NCBI GenBank assembly: GCA_000320545.1
Contig: ADNK01002630.1
Coordinates: forward strand, 8,502 to 72,501
From: Bigelowiella natans CCMP2755
Taxonomy: Eukaryota; Protista; Cercozoa
Direction of reading: 5' to 3'
DNA: 64,000 nucleotides
Below the pieces are notes generated by a model. The model was not told where the DNA came from, searched no databases, and worked only from the letters and a program-made list of their open reading frames with translations. Shown here piece after piece: positions 27,801 through 39,958 of the stretch. A program made the position numbers and the translations under genes. Position 1 is the first letter of the stretch; every line of letters starts with the position of its first letter.

Positions 27801-30800
27801 TGTCGTCCCCCTTCCGTTGCGCTTTGTTTACACTTGAGGACTCATCGGACTCAAGACCTGGGGGCTTCTCCATTTCTTCAATTAGCCGCTTTTCCTCGAG
27901 CTCCTCCTCGATGTCGATTTTGGACCGCTTTCGCTCCCCCATGATGTTCTGAATCAAAACCAGAAGCTCGCGCATGCGGAAGTAGTTCAGGTAGTAGTAC
28001 TTCTCGCGCATCTCGCGAACGGTCTCCCTCCACGCTGCGAGCTCGGCGCAGAGTCGCGTGTACTCAGCCTTGAGGTTGCGTAGCCCTTCCTCGTCGGTGG
28101 TGAGGAAGATCCTCTTCGTGTACTGCTGGTTTTGGAAAGCGAAGTGGCCGGATTCGTACAAGGTCACAACTTGCGTTTTGATGTCCACAGCGACTCGCAG
28201 CTGCTCCAAGAACGCGCTCACCTTCGCGCTCATGTCGTGTTCCTTCTGCATCTTCTTCGGGATCTCGGTCATTATGACGCGAGACCTCAAATCCATCAGA
28301 AACTCCTCGCTCTTTGTTTCGATAGCCTTTTCCTCCGGCGCCCTCTTCTTGGCGGAGGCGTTGACAGCGCTGACCTTTTTGTCCCCCCCTCGCAGCTCCT
28401 CGTGCGGCTCGAGGGCGAGCACCGCATCGGGGTTGGGGTCCGACTTGAGCACGATGACGCCCGCGTTGAGGAAGTGGAGAATGTCCTTGCAGGCTCGGAC
28501 CCCTGCAGACTCGGTCTGCTTGGTGATGATGAGCTTGAAGGCCGCGAAGTTTTGCTGCACCGTAGTGAGGTGCGCGACTAGATCTCCGTTTTGGAGGTCC
28601 ACCGCACGGAACGTCTCGAAGAACCCGGCCAGTGATGCGTATGGTGGCTTGTTGTACAGGAGCTGCAGCATGGCGGTTCGGACCGTCGCCAGACTCCCCG
28701 TCGCGTTGATCACATTGGCCTCTGCACCCGAGTCGAGGATGAAGGAGCGGTATTGGTTAAATTGACCTTGATGCTTCTGCATTAAGATCCACTTCACCAT
28801 GTCTTCGCTCGCAGGCTCTGCGAGTATGCGCAAGAACTCGCACTGCGCCGCGGTCAAATCGGAGCCGAGGTCCTTCTTGATCGGGGCGAGGAGAGACGAC
28901 AGCGAGTTCAGAGTGAGGGTGCTCCACTGCTTCTGCAGCGTGGCGGACAGCTCGAGCAGCTTCGCGTACACGTGGTCCTTCGACTCGTCTGTCTCAAACA
29001 GAGACCCGAAATCATACTTGCGAAGTTTCAGGATGGCGGGCAGGGTGATCTTGAGTTCGGAGAGCACCGCAAAGTCCTCGAGCTGTACCAGCGCCTTCTC
29101 GTGCCAGCTGCTCTCGCCCTCCCCGCCCTTGCCTTCCGCGCCGCCGGCGCCGCTGCTTTTCTTGCTCTCCACGGCGTCTCCTTCCCCGCTCGCGCTCAAG
29201 ACCATCAGCTCGGCGACGGAGTCTTCCATAGTGTTGACTTTGCCAAACGTTTCGATGAGAAGAGGCACGGACGCCTCCCCCCGTTTGACGCTGTCGAGAA
29301 GGGACTTCCAGCGCTTTTTGATGGCGGGAACGAGACGATCCATCACGCTTTTGTGAGAGAGCGGATGCTCTTTCATTAGGTTTTCATGGTCTAGTCGCGC
29401 GATCTGATCAGCAGCCGAACCGGCCCCCTTGCCGTCCTCCTTTTTGCCGTCGCCCCCCGCAGCAGCAGGTGCGACGAGGGGGAAGACAGAGGGCTTGGGG
29501 ATGGTAGACGCGGACATTCCTATCGACGTGAGAATCACCTCCTTGCCTACCTCTCGCCACATATTCAGGAAAATGAGAGATCGATGCGCCGCGTAGAGCC
29601 AGGCGATGTTAGCGAGGTGCTCGCTCGGCATCATCTTTGGGAGCAGGGAGAGCACAGAATTCACGGCGAACTTGTTGTACCCCTCGTTGAGCTTTTTGAG
29701 CTCCTCTGGCAGCTTCCCGACGATAATCGGGACGCCGCAGTCGCAGAACTGGCGCAGGTACACGTTGATCTGGCCGAGCGCCGTGTCAAATTTCCTCACG
29801 ACTGCAAGCCATCCATTCACGACGTCCTCGGTTACTCCGCTGAGCCCTAGAAGCTCGAAGAGCTTGAGCGCATTGTCCTGATTTCGCTCGACGCTCATGA
29901 GATCTCCCAGATTCATGGTGCCTTTATCAGGCGCCAGCTGTTTGGCGGCGGACCCCATGACCGACTTCACGTGCGCTAGCACCTTGTTGAACGCTGTGTG
30001 ACTCATCTTCGCGTCGCCGCTGCCATCGAGCCCGCGGGTGGTAAAGATTTCCAGCCAGAGCGCGGATGAATCTAAAATGCGGCCGAGGGAAGGCGTGCTG
30101 CCGCCCGCGCCGAGGGTGAGCGCATGGAAGAATTGGTGGCTGAGCGGCGAGTCTACTGGCAGCTTGTTTAGCGTCGCCACTGCAAATTGGATCTCATCTA
30201 CGTTCCGCCTCTCGGCCATTGCGCCGAGTAGCTTCGAGCCGACGTTTATCAACTCCCGCGCCAGGGCGGGGGCATACTTAAACGCGCCGCCATTCCGGAT
30301 GCCGAGGCCGCATAAGGTTCTAACGACATCTTTGGGAAAGCCCATCATCGGCCGACAGCGCTTCAGCTCAAACAGCAGCGTGTCGGAACTCGCGGCGTGG
30401 TAGACGGAGGCCTTGCAGATCTTGTCAATCAGCTCGCAGTTGCGACTGAGCGCGTCGAGCATCCTGCTGGCCCTCTCCTCGGGCTCGACGTCCTTGAGGA
30501 CGTCTTCGGTGAAGTAGAAGCTTCTCTTCACGCTCACCACCTTCTTCAGGAAGGGCTTGGCTTGATTCCCGTGCCGAAACCACTGGTACACCGCCTGCCC
30601 GAGCTTGGTGAATTTCTGTGCCAGAGCGTCGGCCTTCTTCCTCTTGGGGTGATCCAAAGGCAGCTTCTCCTCGCCGCGCCGGAGGCACGCTGGCATCTGC
30701 AGATCGGCGTATCGGCGAATCGACACTCCAAGAACATTTATCAGCGCGTCGCTCAGCTCGGCGTCATGCGCCTCGGCGCAGTGGTTCTCGAAGGCAGCCT

Positions 30801-33800
30801 GCGCGATTTCCGGGATTTGCAGCGCGGGGAACTCCCCGATAATCCCCGTGATCTCCTTGATCTCCGCGACGCCGAAGTCGCAGCGCCGCAACCACCCGAC
30901 GACTGTCTGGCTGAGCCCCTGGTTGATCATAGAGCGGACCTCGTGGCGAGCGAGCAGCACGCGCAAGCTTTCAGTCGTTGGCGCGAACTCAACGAGGGTG
31001 TGGAGATAAGCCATGCCGATGCTCAGCAGCGCCTCGCCGGGTGTAATCCCCGTGTCCTCGGCGTCCGCCGGCCTCGCGGCGCGCTCCGCGCGCTCCTGCG
31101 CGAGGAATTGCGCGGCCGTCTGGAGGGTCTTGGCTGCCATCTGCACGATGGACTTCGTTTCCGCGGCGAAGGCCGTAGCGAGCTCCTGCATTCTCTTCCT
31201 CTTCTTTGTGCTGACCGCCTGGGGAAGGGGTTTGAGGCGGTCGGCGTGGGCGATTTCCTCTCCGTGCGCCCCTAGCGCGACCTTGTAAGTGCCGTCGCTG
31301 AGGACGTTGAGAACCAGCCCTTGGTAGTAGTACCTGCTGGTGAGGCTGCGGCACTTGAGGCTGTCTCCCCGCTTGAACCCTCGTTTACACCCCGCGTTCG
31401 CGGGGAAGGGGAGCTTCGGGAGCTTGCTGAAACGCCTCAGCACCGGCGCAATCTTGATCCAGCGGAAGTCGTTGACGTTGAGAAACCGCGCGGCGGCCTC
31501 CTGCAGCCCGGTCACTGACTTCTGGTACTGGTTTCCAAGCAGACCGGGTAGATCAAGAGCCCGCGCTAGATTCACGTCGAGGTTTTCGAGGACAAAAGCA
31601 CACCACGGCTCGGGCTCGAGGCGGAGGGCGACGTCCTCGTGGTAGACGTCCGTCCCCTTCCAGTGCGACACTTCCTTGGTTGAGTCCGTGCTCAGACCCA
31701 ACGCACCCGGGATAACGAGGAGCGCCATCATGGCTCCGACGGGGGCGGGCTTGTCACCGATAAACTCCTTCAGCTTCTGCAGGCCGCTTGCTGTCAGCGT
31801 ATCGCCGACTCCTCGCGAGACTTCCATATCGCCGAAGATTGCGCAGACGCGCGCCACGAAGGTTTTCGGCGTGACTAGCCCTCGGAGCACACCCTCGAAA
31901 TCGCCGATGATGCCGGCCTCGAGCGCCTCGCGCTGGGAGAGCGACTTGAAACCGTCGTAGAATTTCTTGTACTTTTTGTTCTTCTTGTTCGGGCGGAAGA
32001 TGGCGAAAAACTCCGCCTTCATCTTCTTCTCACGCCGCGGGTGGCCGCCCTCCTCCCACACCGCCTCACCTTGCGCCATAACGCACCGCCACTCGAAGAT
32101 GCCGGTTTTGCAGTTCTCGGTCTTTTTGAAGGGCAAGTCGATCGTCCCATGGTATTTCTTTGGATTGGCCCCGTCTTGCTGCAGTTTAAACTAATACAGA
32201 TAAGAGCAGCGACGGAGAGCACGGGGTGAGGAGGACCAGAGAACGGGGGTGCAGCATAACGCAAATTTGAGAATATATAATGTTAAAGGCCGAGAGTTTT
32301 TGGGAGTCTTTGTGAAAGACGTGAGAATAGAGGGCGGGGGAAACATTGTGTACTTTCTGCATAATCATCAGCATCGTCATCATCATTGCTGCATGCCGAC
32401 TTCTTTATTATCCTCACAAGCAAACTAACACTGGGAAATACTACTTCTAATACATAGACTCTCTTCTTCATCGTCGGTGAGCAAGACGATTTGCGACATT
32501 TGCTAACATGCATATAATAAATAACAGTAACCAAAGGCAGCAGCCGGCAAGCTTAGAAGGACGGGACGATAACGACGAAAAAAGAGGAAAAAACCTTCAA
32601 TTCCTTCATCTCCCCCATCGTCGCTGGGGTTCCCTGTACATAAAGTGCACAGTCCTTGTGCTCCTGCATCCAGCTCGCGTCAATGATTACATGAAACGTC
32701 GCTTGATTCTTCGCCTCGGGGTCATTCGGCGTGTACGGCTTGAATTTCTCCACGTACTTTCCCACGTTCTCCTGGCGGACGTGCTGGCCTTTCAAGCCGT
32801 ATATGGAGAAGCTTTCCCCCACGAGGCGCTTCCAGACGTAAGACCGGTACTCGGATTCGAGGTCTTGGACTGAACGGGTTTCATCGTTGGCATGATAATT
32901 GTGAAGAAGGACCAAAAGAATAAGAAGAAGAAGAAGTGGTGGTAGGATGAGCAGGATGATGATGAAGGATAAAAAGAACAGCAAGAAGAAGAAGTAGTAG
33001 GATGAGCAGGATGATGATGATGATAATGCTACTGGCGGTATTGGTAGTACTCCCCTCATCAACCCCCCCCCCCAAAATACACCCTCTCTCCTTGGCTCTG
33101 GACAACAATACCGTAGTGCTGCCCGTCGTTTGGGTCAAATCGGTCTACTAGGCACTTTTTCCATTCGAAAGGTTCATCTGAGTAACAATAACACATATTC
33201 AATAATATCAACTCGTGATCGATCAATTGACGATAAGCGAGGCCGCACATAGCACAGCACATTCAACCCAGCGCAGCAGTAAACATCTTGAACATCCCCA
33301 TTACACCATACAAGTCGCTGTCATCATTTGGGGAAAACAATTGAGTACTCGTAATACTACTGCTACGTACGTACGTACCGCCGTCGCGCGACTCAAATAC
33401 AAGAGAGATCTCTTTCTTGTTAAGGAATTCGGGGTTGGTCTCGTCATATCCCCATTCACCCTCTGCATGTGCGTCAGGGTTTGGATCTGCCTTCAGCACC
33501 TTCGCGTCGCCAAGGTCCATCTTGGGGCGAGCGATAATAGTTTCCCCCCACTGCCGGTTCGGATGAATAGTAGCGGGTATGAGAGGAGGAAGGGGGTGGG
33601 GCAAAGATATCGCATATGTGAGAGCTAAGCTAAAAGTCGTCACGCCAATGCTAGATTTATCTTCTCTGACTACTTTTTTTTTCTATAGGTTGACCATCAA
33701 GGAAACATGGCCACACAAAAAGCAGGAAAATCATGTGTGGAGTGAATCTTAGTTTTATTATCACCGTGTCGCCGCTCCCTCCTCGGAATTTTGAATGCAT

Positions 33801-34400
33801 TTTTTTGGTTTTCTCATCATATTGCAGTTTAATCTCTGCCCCATTGAAGAACTTACCTGCAATCACACGTTTAAAAGTTCATTTTCACGATAAAATAACA
33901 TGTCTACAAGACCGATGCTGTTTTGCTTATGATATGCTACGGGATAGAAGAAAAGTGCGTCTTATATGAACTCTCACCAATCATCCAGCCTTCGGCCGGC
34001 TCCAAAGGAACATGGTCTGTTTTTTCTATGAAGTAATATCTACCCTGTTTCTTCTCCACGCGGTATCTAAGAAATATTTGCGGGCACTATTCAAATGGTG
34101 TGGGTTTTTAATAACAATAACATTGCTTACTCGGAGCGAGCATAGTAGCGCCAGGTCCCTTCCCACTGCTCGTTAGGCACTCCCGATGTCCTGGTAAGAG
34201 GAAGGTAATGTTTGATCGACAACAAAACTCGAAAGCCAGATTTACATATTAGACGAAAGCACTGATTCGTGTATTGCTTGCTTTTGCCGGATGGTGAATA
34301 TGTTTTTGCTAAATTGCCTTACATTTTCAGACGAGGAGTTCGCGAACGTACGCTGTGCCTCTTCGAAGTAATGTATACGAGCGTAGACCTTGTTGCTAAA
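9035..34400 (-). CDS. RNF213: Giant RNF213/mysterin-like AAA+ ATPase-E3 ubiquitin ligase (~25 exons, roughly 6,500 aa; 5' end uncertain at ~34190-34640)
   Basis: Collinear RNF213-type motifs: YYYLNYFRMRELL; SNINGGGKTGYI (AAA2-like); IMGETGCGKS/VFLDEVNT and ICACNPYR..LVYRVHPLPESMVDHVYDFG (AAA3); VSLRDVARC; VVGKPGTSKSLA/LLDEVGLAEQSPHLPLKVLH/GISNWALDPAKMNR (AAA4); FWGLREFYS; IYGSDFPAD; LYESLYDLLNQHY; PPLLNRFEKQ; CTD LRYLPDVLRFQ..HNEFL..GKPLV. The large ORFs join through canonical GT-AG introns (e.g. exons 25054-32190, ~24168-24744, ~20721-23938, ~19501-20407, ~18081-19313, 9035-~11630). Stop at 9035-9037. Confidence 0.9.
11065..11440 (-). other. Peptidoglycan-binding (PG_binding_1-like) domain region within RNF213-like protein
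   Basis: DVKAMQTFVN...KLNVDGKLGPKTVEGLQAVL matches the V-x-x-LQ-x-x-L...VDG-x-x-GP-x-T-x-x-AL consensus. It is flanked by two weaker look-alikes (VDSKKITGAACRAFKFVL; KGELGGATMYMLHSFV). Confidence 0.65.
11480..11620 (-). other. Tudor/Agenet-like beta-barrel within RNF213-like protein
   Basis: FAAGERVGAQFRNEHGVFMGKIVRNNGDGTYSVQYDDGDVWKNAPGNRI. Confidence 0.75.
12885..12990 (-). other. UBA domain within RNF213-like protein
   Basis: QLTMMGIAEHHAVRGLMACNGDVGQAANWCFEN: MG-x loop and three-helix UBA consensus. Confidence 0.8.
14008..14470 (-). other. PDZ-like domain (split by intron 14155-14395) within RNF213-like protein
   Basis: Spliced: LIHLKVPSMEKYGIQFNRKGVIEQ|VDPKLQAQHKIQANLILVGVNGQLFDWTRQTEQFNQAKALKKPFFLTFI. 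It shows a KYGIQF carboxylate-binding loop, an ILxVNG strand and a terminal strand. Confidence 0.65.
16855..17050 (-). other. WWE domain within RNF213-like protein
   Basis: HWEWKDGAGWKRYPFETNLQIEK...YKLDIQRMRQVNLQTMNPRHVR: W-W-E plus Y-x-x-D-x-x-x-M-x-Q-x-N...R-x-VR consensus. Confidence 0.88.
18770..18960 (-). other. U-box domain within RNF213-like protein
   Basis: FRCPITLEEIKEPVVLQGDGKTYERTAIEDYLKDSDISPVTGEKLSSKTLVPD: canonical U-box. Confidence 0.92.
24170..24305 (-). other. Tudor/Agenet-like domain inserted in the AAA ring
   Basis: FRIGQKVKAKYRNKKGNFYYGRISALNADGTYAVRFDDGDTDNKV. Confidence 0.78.
27622..27699 (-). other. RanBP2/NZF-type zinc finger within RNF213-like protein
   Basis: WRCSSCRFKNKTFQKRCVMCGAPRP = W-x-C-x2-C-x3-N-x6-C-x2-C. 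Confidence 0.88.
31230..31380 (-). other. Tudor-like domain in N-terminal region of RNF213-like protein
   Basis: FKRGDSLKCRSLTSRYYYQGLVLNVLSDGTYKVALGAHGEEIAHADRLKPL. Confidence 0.65.
32040..32705 (-). other. CBM20-like carbohydrate-binding fold (N-arm), split by intron 32191-32594
   Basis: ATFHVII..LYVQGTPATMGEMKELK|FKLQQDG..KYHGTIDLPF..IFEWRCVM..AVWEEGGHPR resembles CBM20 (lyvvG...LG-x-W; yKyv...WE-x-g-x-nR). It sits where RNF213 has its CBM20-like domain. Confidence 0.55.
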
Positions 34401-35269
34401 AGCAAGGATTATATAAGGCAATAAATTAAAATTTTGAGGAATTCAAATTCCCACACGAGCTGCATTGGAATGAGAGATAATAATCTTAGAATGATCTGAC
34501 ATATGATACAGGAAGATGAATGGTGTGATGTGTGATGCACCACTTTTTTTGGTTCGGAACGGCTCGAGGAGCTAGTAGACAGGGTGGGGCCACCTTCTCG
34601 CCTCGCGTATTCTGCGCTGTCACAACTCACACAGAGACTATATCCTATTTTACTGTATTTTGGGATTATATACTTTGTCGTTTAATAAAAATGTATTGTA
34701 ATTTGTCTTACTTATTGCTTCCGCCGGGGATCCTCTGAACCAAATCCTTCCAAGCTAAAGTCTTACCTCGCGCGTTCTGGGAAATAGGGTGCCGATCGCG
34801 ATATTTCTTGGATCCGAAATCGTGCACAGAGACTGCAATTCAAGCAAAACGACAAAGTATTTGGAAGACGTAATGAGAAATTACACGCGCAACTGTGAAA
34901 TTGTGGTAATTTCCATTGGATTTCCGTCAAAGTTCAACTAATTCGTGATCAGTCGGCTCAGTCGGCTCCCCTTCTTTTCTCTCTCATCGGGAAGCTCTGC
35001 CCTGCCAAATTCGCGGAAATTATTTAAATACGACATGTAATTTTTATTGTCGCATTTGTTTTAATCATTAATTCACAAGTGTCCGTTTATACATGGCGTC
35101 ATCATTTGTACCTTGTCTCATTTAAACTTTTGATCCATTCACTAATTAAAAAAAATACCCTATGAATGTATAGAGCGACATAAGTTGAGTGCTGACGCAT
35201 TAAGCTTCACATATCCTTTTTATTCCGTGGGCCGACACCGATCCGCCTACTCGCTCCTCGCGGGAGAGG

Positions 35270-36346
35270 ATGCGGGGGATATTTCTGGGGACACTTGTGT
35301 TGGCGTTTGCCATTCTTGGACTCTTTGAGAAGCTTGGGACTTTCAACAGTAGCCATGTGATTGATAACAATAACGTTTCCTCACTTCATTCGGCCGGTCG
35401 GCTACATGTGCTTTTCTTACACGTGTGTCTGTTTTGAATACGAGCAGGGGTTTCTCAGGAAGCAAGCGGCTAAAATTAAGTCGAAGTTGAGGAAAAATAT
35501 GCCTGGAGCACCAAAACGTTGATTCAGCGTTTTTTTTATTTAAATTTGTCCTCTGAGGGATCCTGACATCTCATTAATTGTCCTGAATCTCCACATGCTT
35601 TGCTTGCAGGCAATGGGAGGGTTGTCCGAAGATATGAACGAGGTGGCTTGAAGACAAGGTCAGTAGTGGTGAAAATTACAAAACGCTGAGGGCGCTATTC
35701 GCTGGTCGTCGCTTTCGATAACACCTCCTACCAATCCCCCCCTTTCAGGCATGAGGACAGCATGCTACACGAGCTTTGGGAGGCATCAAAGAAAAATAAG
35801 GTTCAGTATTCACTACAATACTCTAGAAATAGGATAATGGCAGTGGTATGATATTTTCGTATAAATACATAACAAAATATACACATTTAGCACTCCGTGT
35901 ATGTGTGTGTGTGTATGTGTGTGTGTGTGTGTGTGTGTGCGTGTTCATATCGTACACCTTTGCTTGAGCCTCCCTGCGCAATGAGGATGGTCTAATTGCG
36001 CATTGGCCATTGTTCATTGTTCCTGCCTTCTGAATTGAATCAAAAGTTTACTATCTCCACAAAAGGCCAAACTGCCTCGGACATATAGTCTCCGCGACAT
36101 ACTGAGAAAGGACCAGGAGGAGGAGGAGCTGCCTCCACGTAAGCTTAGCTGAAACTCGTGAATATACAATTTCATGCTCTCACCTGAAACTGGTAGATCA
36201 GTATTCACTCGGCTAAGATTTTTATATGGCAGCGATGGAATTGCCAAAGATGCCGCTGTGGAAGATAAAACCGAAACTTGAGTCCGAAATGCTGCTAAAT
36301 GTCACCCTCCTTGAAGGGTATAAAGTGAATTCGAATATCATGATTT

Positions 36347-36377
<31 letters not shown>

Positions 36378-36811
36378 CACATACACACACACACATAAAC
36401 ACATACACTGACAGAAGCCTTTATTTCCTTAGCGATCGACTCCGCCGAGATGCATCGTTGGATGTATTTTGCCGCCGCGAACTAAAACTGGGGCCAAAGA
36501 CTTTCAAAAAGATTCGGGAGGTCAAATGTTATGCGGTCCATATCCATGCCCCATTTGAAATCAAATCCGTACATTCTCTTAACTGATCCCTCCCCCCCCC
36601 CACCCCCCCTCCCCCTGCCTCGTTGTTTCCGAACAGAAACATTATTTGGTGTGTCAAGCCTTCAACATCAAACAAAGGGGGCCTAAAGCTTCTGCATCTA
36701 ATCCTGGCTATAGCAAGGTAATAGTGATGGCAATAGCCTTGATGTATGGGTGGGATTTTTGCTCAAGAGCGGGAAACTGCAGATATGTATATTATACACA
36801 TATTATAAATA

Positions 36812-36851
<40 letters not shown>

Positions 36852-38451
36852 CATATGTAAATATTATATTCATATATAGATATTTCCTTGCCTTATTCCC
36901 CACTCGTTTGTCACGAAATTGATGGTACATCTATTTCCAGCTAATATATCATTTCGGCACTGTACTCGAATCCCGAGCCCTTCTGAGTCACCAATAAGAG
37001 GGGGGGGCGGGGAGGGCAGCAGAGAGGTGACGAGGATGGGGAGGAGTACATTCCTCAAGCATTTTTCATTTTTCCTAATTCTTTTTATTCTCACCACACA
37101 CTGGCCAAAATGAATAGATTCTACGATTTCGATCACGGATTCTCCACGGTGGTTGGAAAGCACGTGAGCTCCGAGGTGAGGAGGGCACACAGAGCGACGA
37201 TATACCACATATGCGAGCAGCACTGATAGAAAACATTGCTGTAGCTAACAATTATTACTCTCGTCTTGAGAAATAACCCAAAAAATAGCCAAAAAGGAAG
37301 ATCTTGCATATTCTCAAGCTTTGACTTGCGGTTCTTTGAATGAGGCCAAATGCTGGCGCGCGCGTCTTGTCACTGCACAACGATCGACGCTCCGTGTAGA
37401 TAGAGAAACACTGCTAAGAGTGTATTTTTCATCAGGCAATTCGCAACAAAATCAAAGACAAAATAAAGGTACGAATATATGCATATGTACATATATAATA
37501 TAATATATATATATATATATATACACATTAAAATAAATGGCACAGCGTGGTTCGGTGCCTGCGTTACCTCGGAGCATGTATATCGTAGAATCAGACACTC
37601 TGTTGTGAAGAGGAAGAAAACAAGCCTTTTAGGAGTATTTCGCTCAAATGTTATTAGCAATGTATGCTACTGAAATCTCCCGACTCAAAATCCCTGAACC
37701 ATTCACAACACGCATGGGTAATATGCTCTTGTCGCCGGGAAAACGAAGAGAGTACCGTCCGAATCTCTACAATGACTACACTATCTATGACTGATCATTT
37801 GAGTTTGATGGAAGCTGCGTGCATTTGTCAGCTTGAGTTTCGATGGTTTCACCACAAACGCATCTTCCGACTCGAGACGGCCGCGCGCCAGGTGGTGGAA
37901 TACAACCCGTACTCGAAATGACATTTCCTTTTAAGTGCATTTGAATTAAACTGCGCTCGACGGGGCCGGTGGCCTGATAGAAGAAATCCTTTTTTTTTTC
38001 ATATTTTTTTAATAATTTGTCCGAAGCTACAACGCGCGCTACGATATGAAATGAGCAGTTTGGCGTTTACACAAATCCCATTACGCAGAGAGCACTCGAA
38101 GCAGCAAAACACCAATATGCAAAGAAACTTCAAGTTCGGTTGGAAAAAGGTCTACTTTGCCCCCCCCCCCCCCCCCCCTTCTCTCTCTCTCTCTTCTTCT
38201 CATTGCCTCTGTCTATTTTTCTCTTCGTCGCTTACATTCTTCCCTGCGGTCTCTTCGTGCTCTCTACTTCCGCACTTGCAGTGAAAGAGAAGCAAAACGC
38301 GATCCAAAAGGTGATGAGAAAGGCGCTCTCGACGGGCAGAAGTGACGGAGAGAACACAGATGAGGATGACGATGACGAGACTGAAGAGGAACCCAAATTT
38401 AGTAGCGAAAGCGATTATGGACCGGACGGTGTTGGTGACGATGAAGATTGA
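35270..38451 (+). CDS. Multi-exon hypothetical protein; hydrophobic N-terminus, possible PH-like segment, acidic C-terminal tail
   Basis: ATG 35270 MRGIFLGTLVLAFAILGLFEK (signal-peptide-like); many short ag/gt-bounded exons; LTCGSLNEAKCWRARLVTAQ resembles a PH C-terminal helix; last exon ..ENTDEDDDDETEEEPKF..DDED* ends at 38451. Full exon chain not verified. Confidence 0.5.
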
Positions 38452-39924
38452 TTGGGTGTCAATCGCGCAAAAGCTTGCCTACACGTTTCCGCCCTAGCAC
38501 ATTAGAGATGATGATGGGCATACAAAATATGATATATATATAATATATATCATATTCTAGATATTACTGTAGTGTCTATTATGATGTCACGAATTTCGAT
38601 GCTCTGTGTGATGGATCCCAATCATTTTCTGGGTGCAATCGCATGCGGGGATGCGTTGTTAGCACCTCGCCAAGCTACAATGTCGAGCTATGAGCTGACG
38701 CTCTGCGATTGTTTCAGTCTAGCTGTGTCTCGATCCATCCTAGTCGCATTCTTTAGATGTACATCTGTGCAAATTGCGCACCCTTTTTTTGCTAGATTGT
38801 GGCACAGTGCTTGCGCCATCACAGTATTGGTTTGAGTGGATCTCCAGGTATGATGGCTTGACGCGTAGCAAGCACTCTAGACAGAGTCGAACATGCGTTT
38901 GCATTCGTCAAAGAAAGCTTGCGCGCAGACATGTTAGATGCCATGCACGATTTGCGCACCGCGCTAACGTCCCATATATGCTTTTTGCACGCAACACCAT
39001 CCACGAGTTCATTTGTTGAAACATCGATCGATGTTGCCGACTAACACCCGCGACACCCTAGTGCAGATTGAGATAAACACGAAGTGTCGTGCGAGCGCAC
39101 GTCGTTTTTCTTTTCACTTGCATGGGCCTAGAGCTATGGAGACCATGCTAGCATGTGGATGTTCATCAACCATCACCAGAAGTGATGCCGTGTTGAACAT
39201 GGATCTCGCATTGATGGTTGCAATGGTTGCAAAAACAACGCGCACATCTAGACATGCCACTGCGCCAGTTTAAATTGAGGACTTTCTCTAGTGCGCACGG
39301 CTCCATGCGTTGAGAGACGTATACATTTGCATCATGAATGGCGAAGGACACGCTTTGTCCGCACACTTGTAATAGGCGTTCTTAAATCTTGCCATCATTG
39401 GATTAGCAACCAAGTCCAAATCTATCCTACTCTCGAGGAACGAGAGAAGACCAGCTTTCGCATGAGAAATCGTCTCCCAGCACGAGCTGGAACTTCAACC
39501 AGGCCATGTAAGACAAACGATGATACGAAGGTAAACGTTAATAGAATGCCGCATGACACAGAGAAATGCACGTGGGCCATGAGGATGCTGTCGGTGGGAG
39601 GGAAGATCCAGTTCTGTGGAATAAATATGAGCAGGAAATCACAATAGTAAGTACGTACGCAATTCGCTCGTCTTCAATCTACACAAGCAACGAAACGCAT
39701 TCTTGCACATACAGACAATTCTGTCGATTTTGAATCATTTAGCAGCAGCAGCAGCATTTAACGCAGGTTCAATCCCGCAGGGAGGAGTCACTTGTTTTCT
39801 TCGTTGAAATGCAGTAAAACTCGAATGCACTGCCAGATTTAAGTTGCGAGATATACATCTCTCCAAAAGGCCATGCGTTAAATTAAGCCGCAATTATGTA
39901 ACTCATATATACACGCGCGCGCGC

Positions 39925-39958
<34 letters not shown>

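Noticed and set aside
9035-32136. An operon-like cluster of separate genes (843, 419, 355, 1070, 2388 aa) resembling a prokaryotic defence island
   Set aside because: ORF ends coincide with GT-AG splice sites and microsatellite introns, and motifs continue across junctions in RNF213 order.
9159-32229. Many long plus-strand ORFs (e.g. 10632-11594, 21866-22837, 22880-24208, 30397-31275)
   Set aside because: Antisense shadows of the GC3-biased RNF213-like exons; no recognisable motifs.
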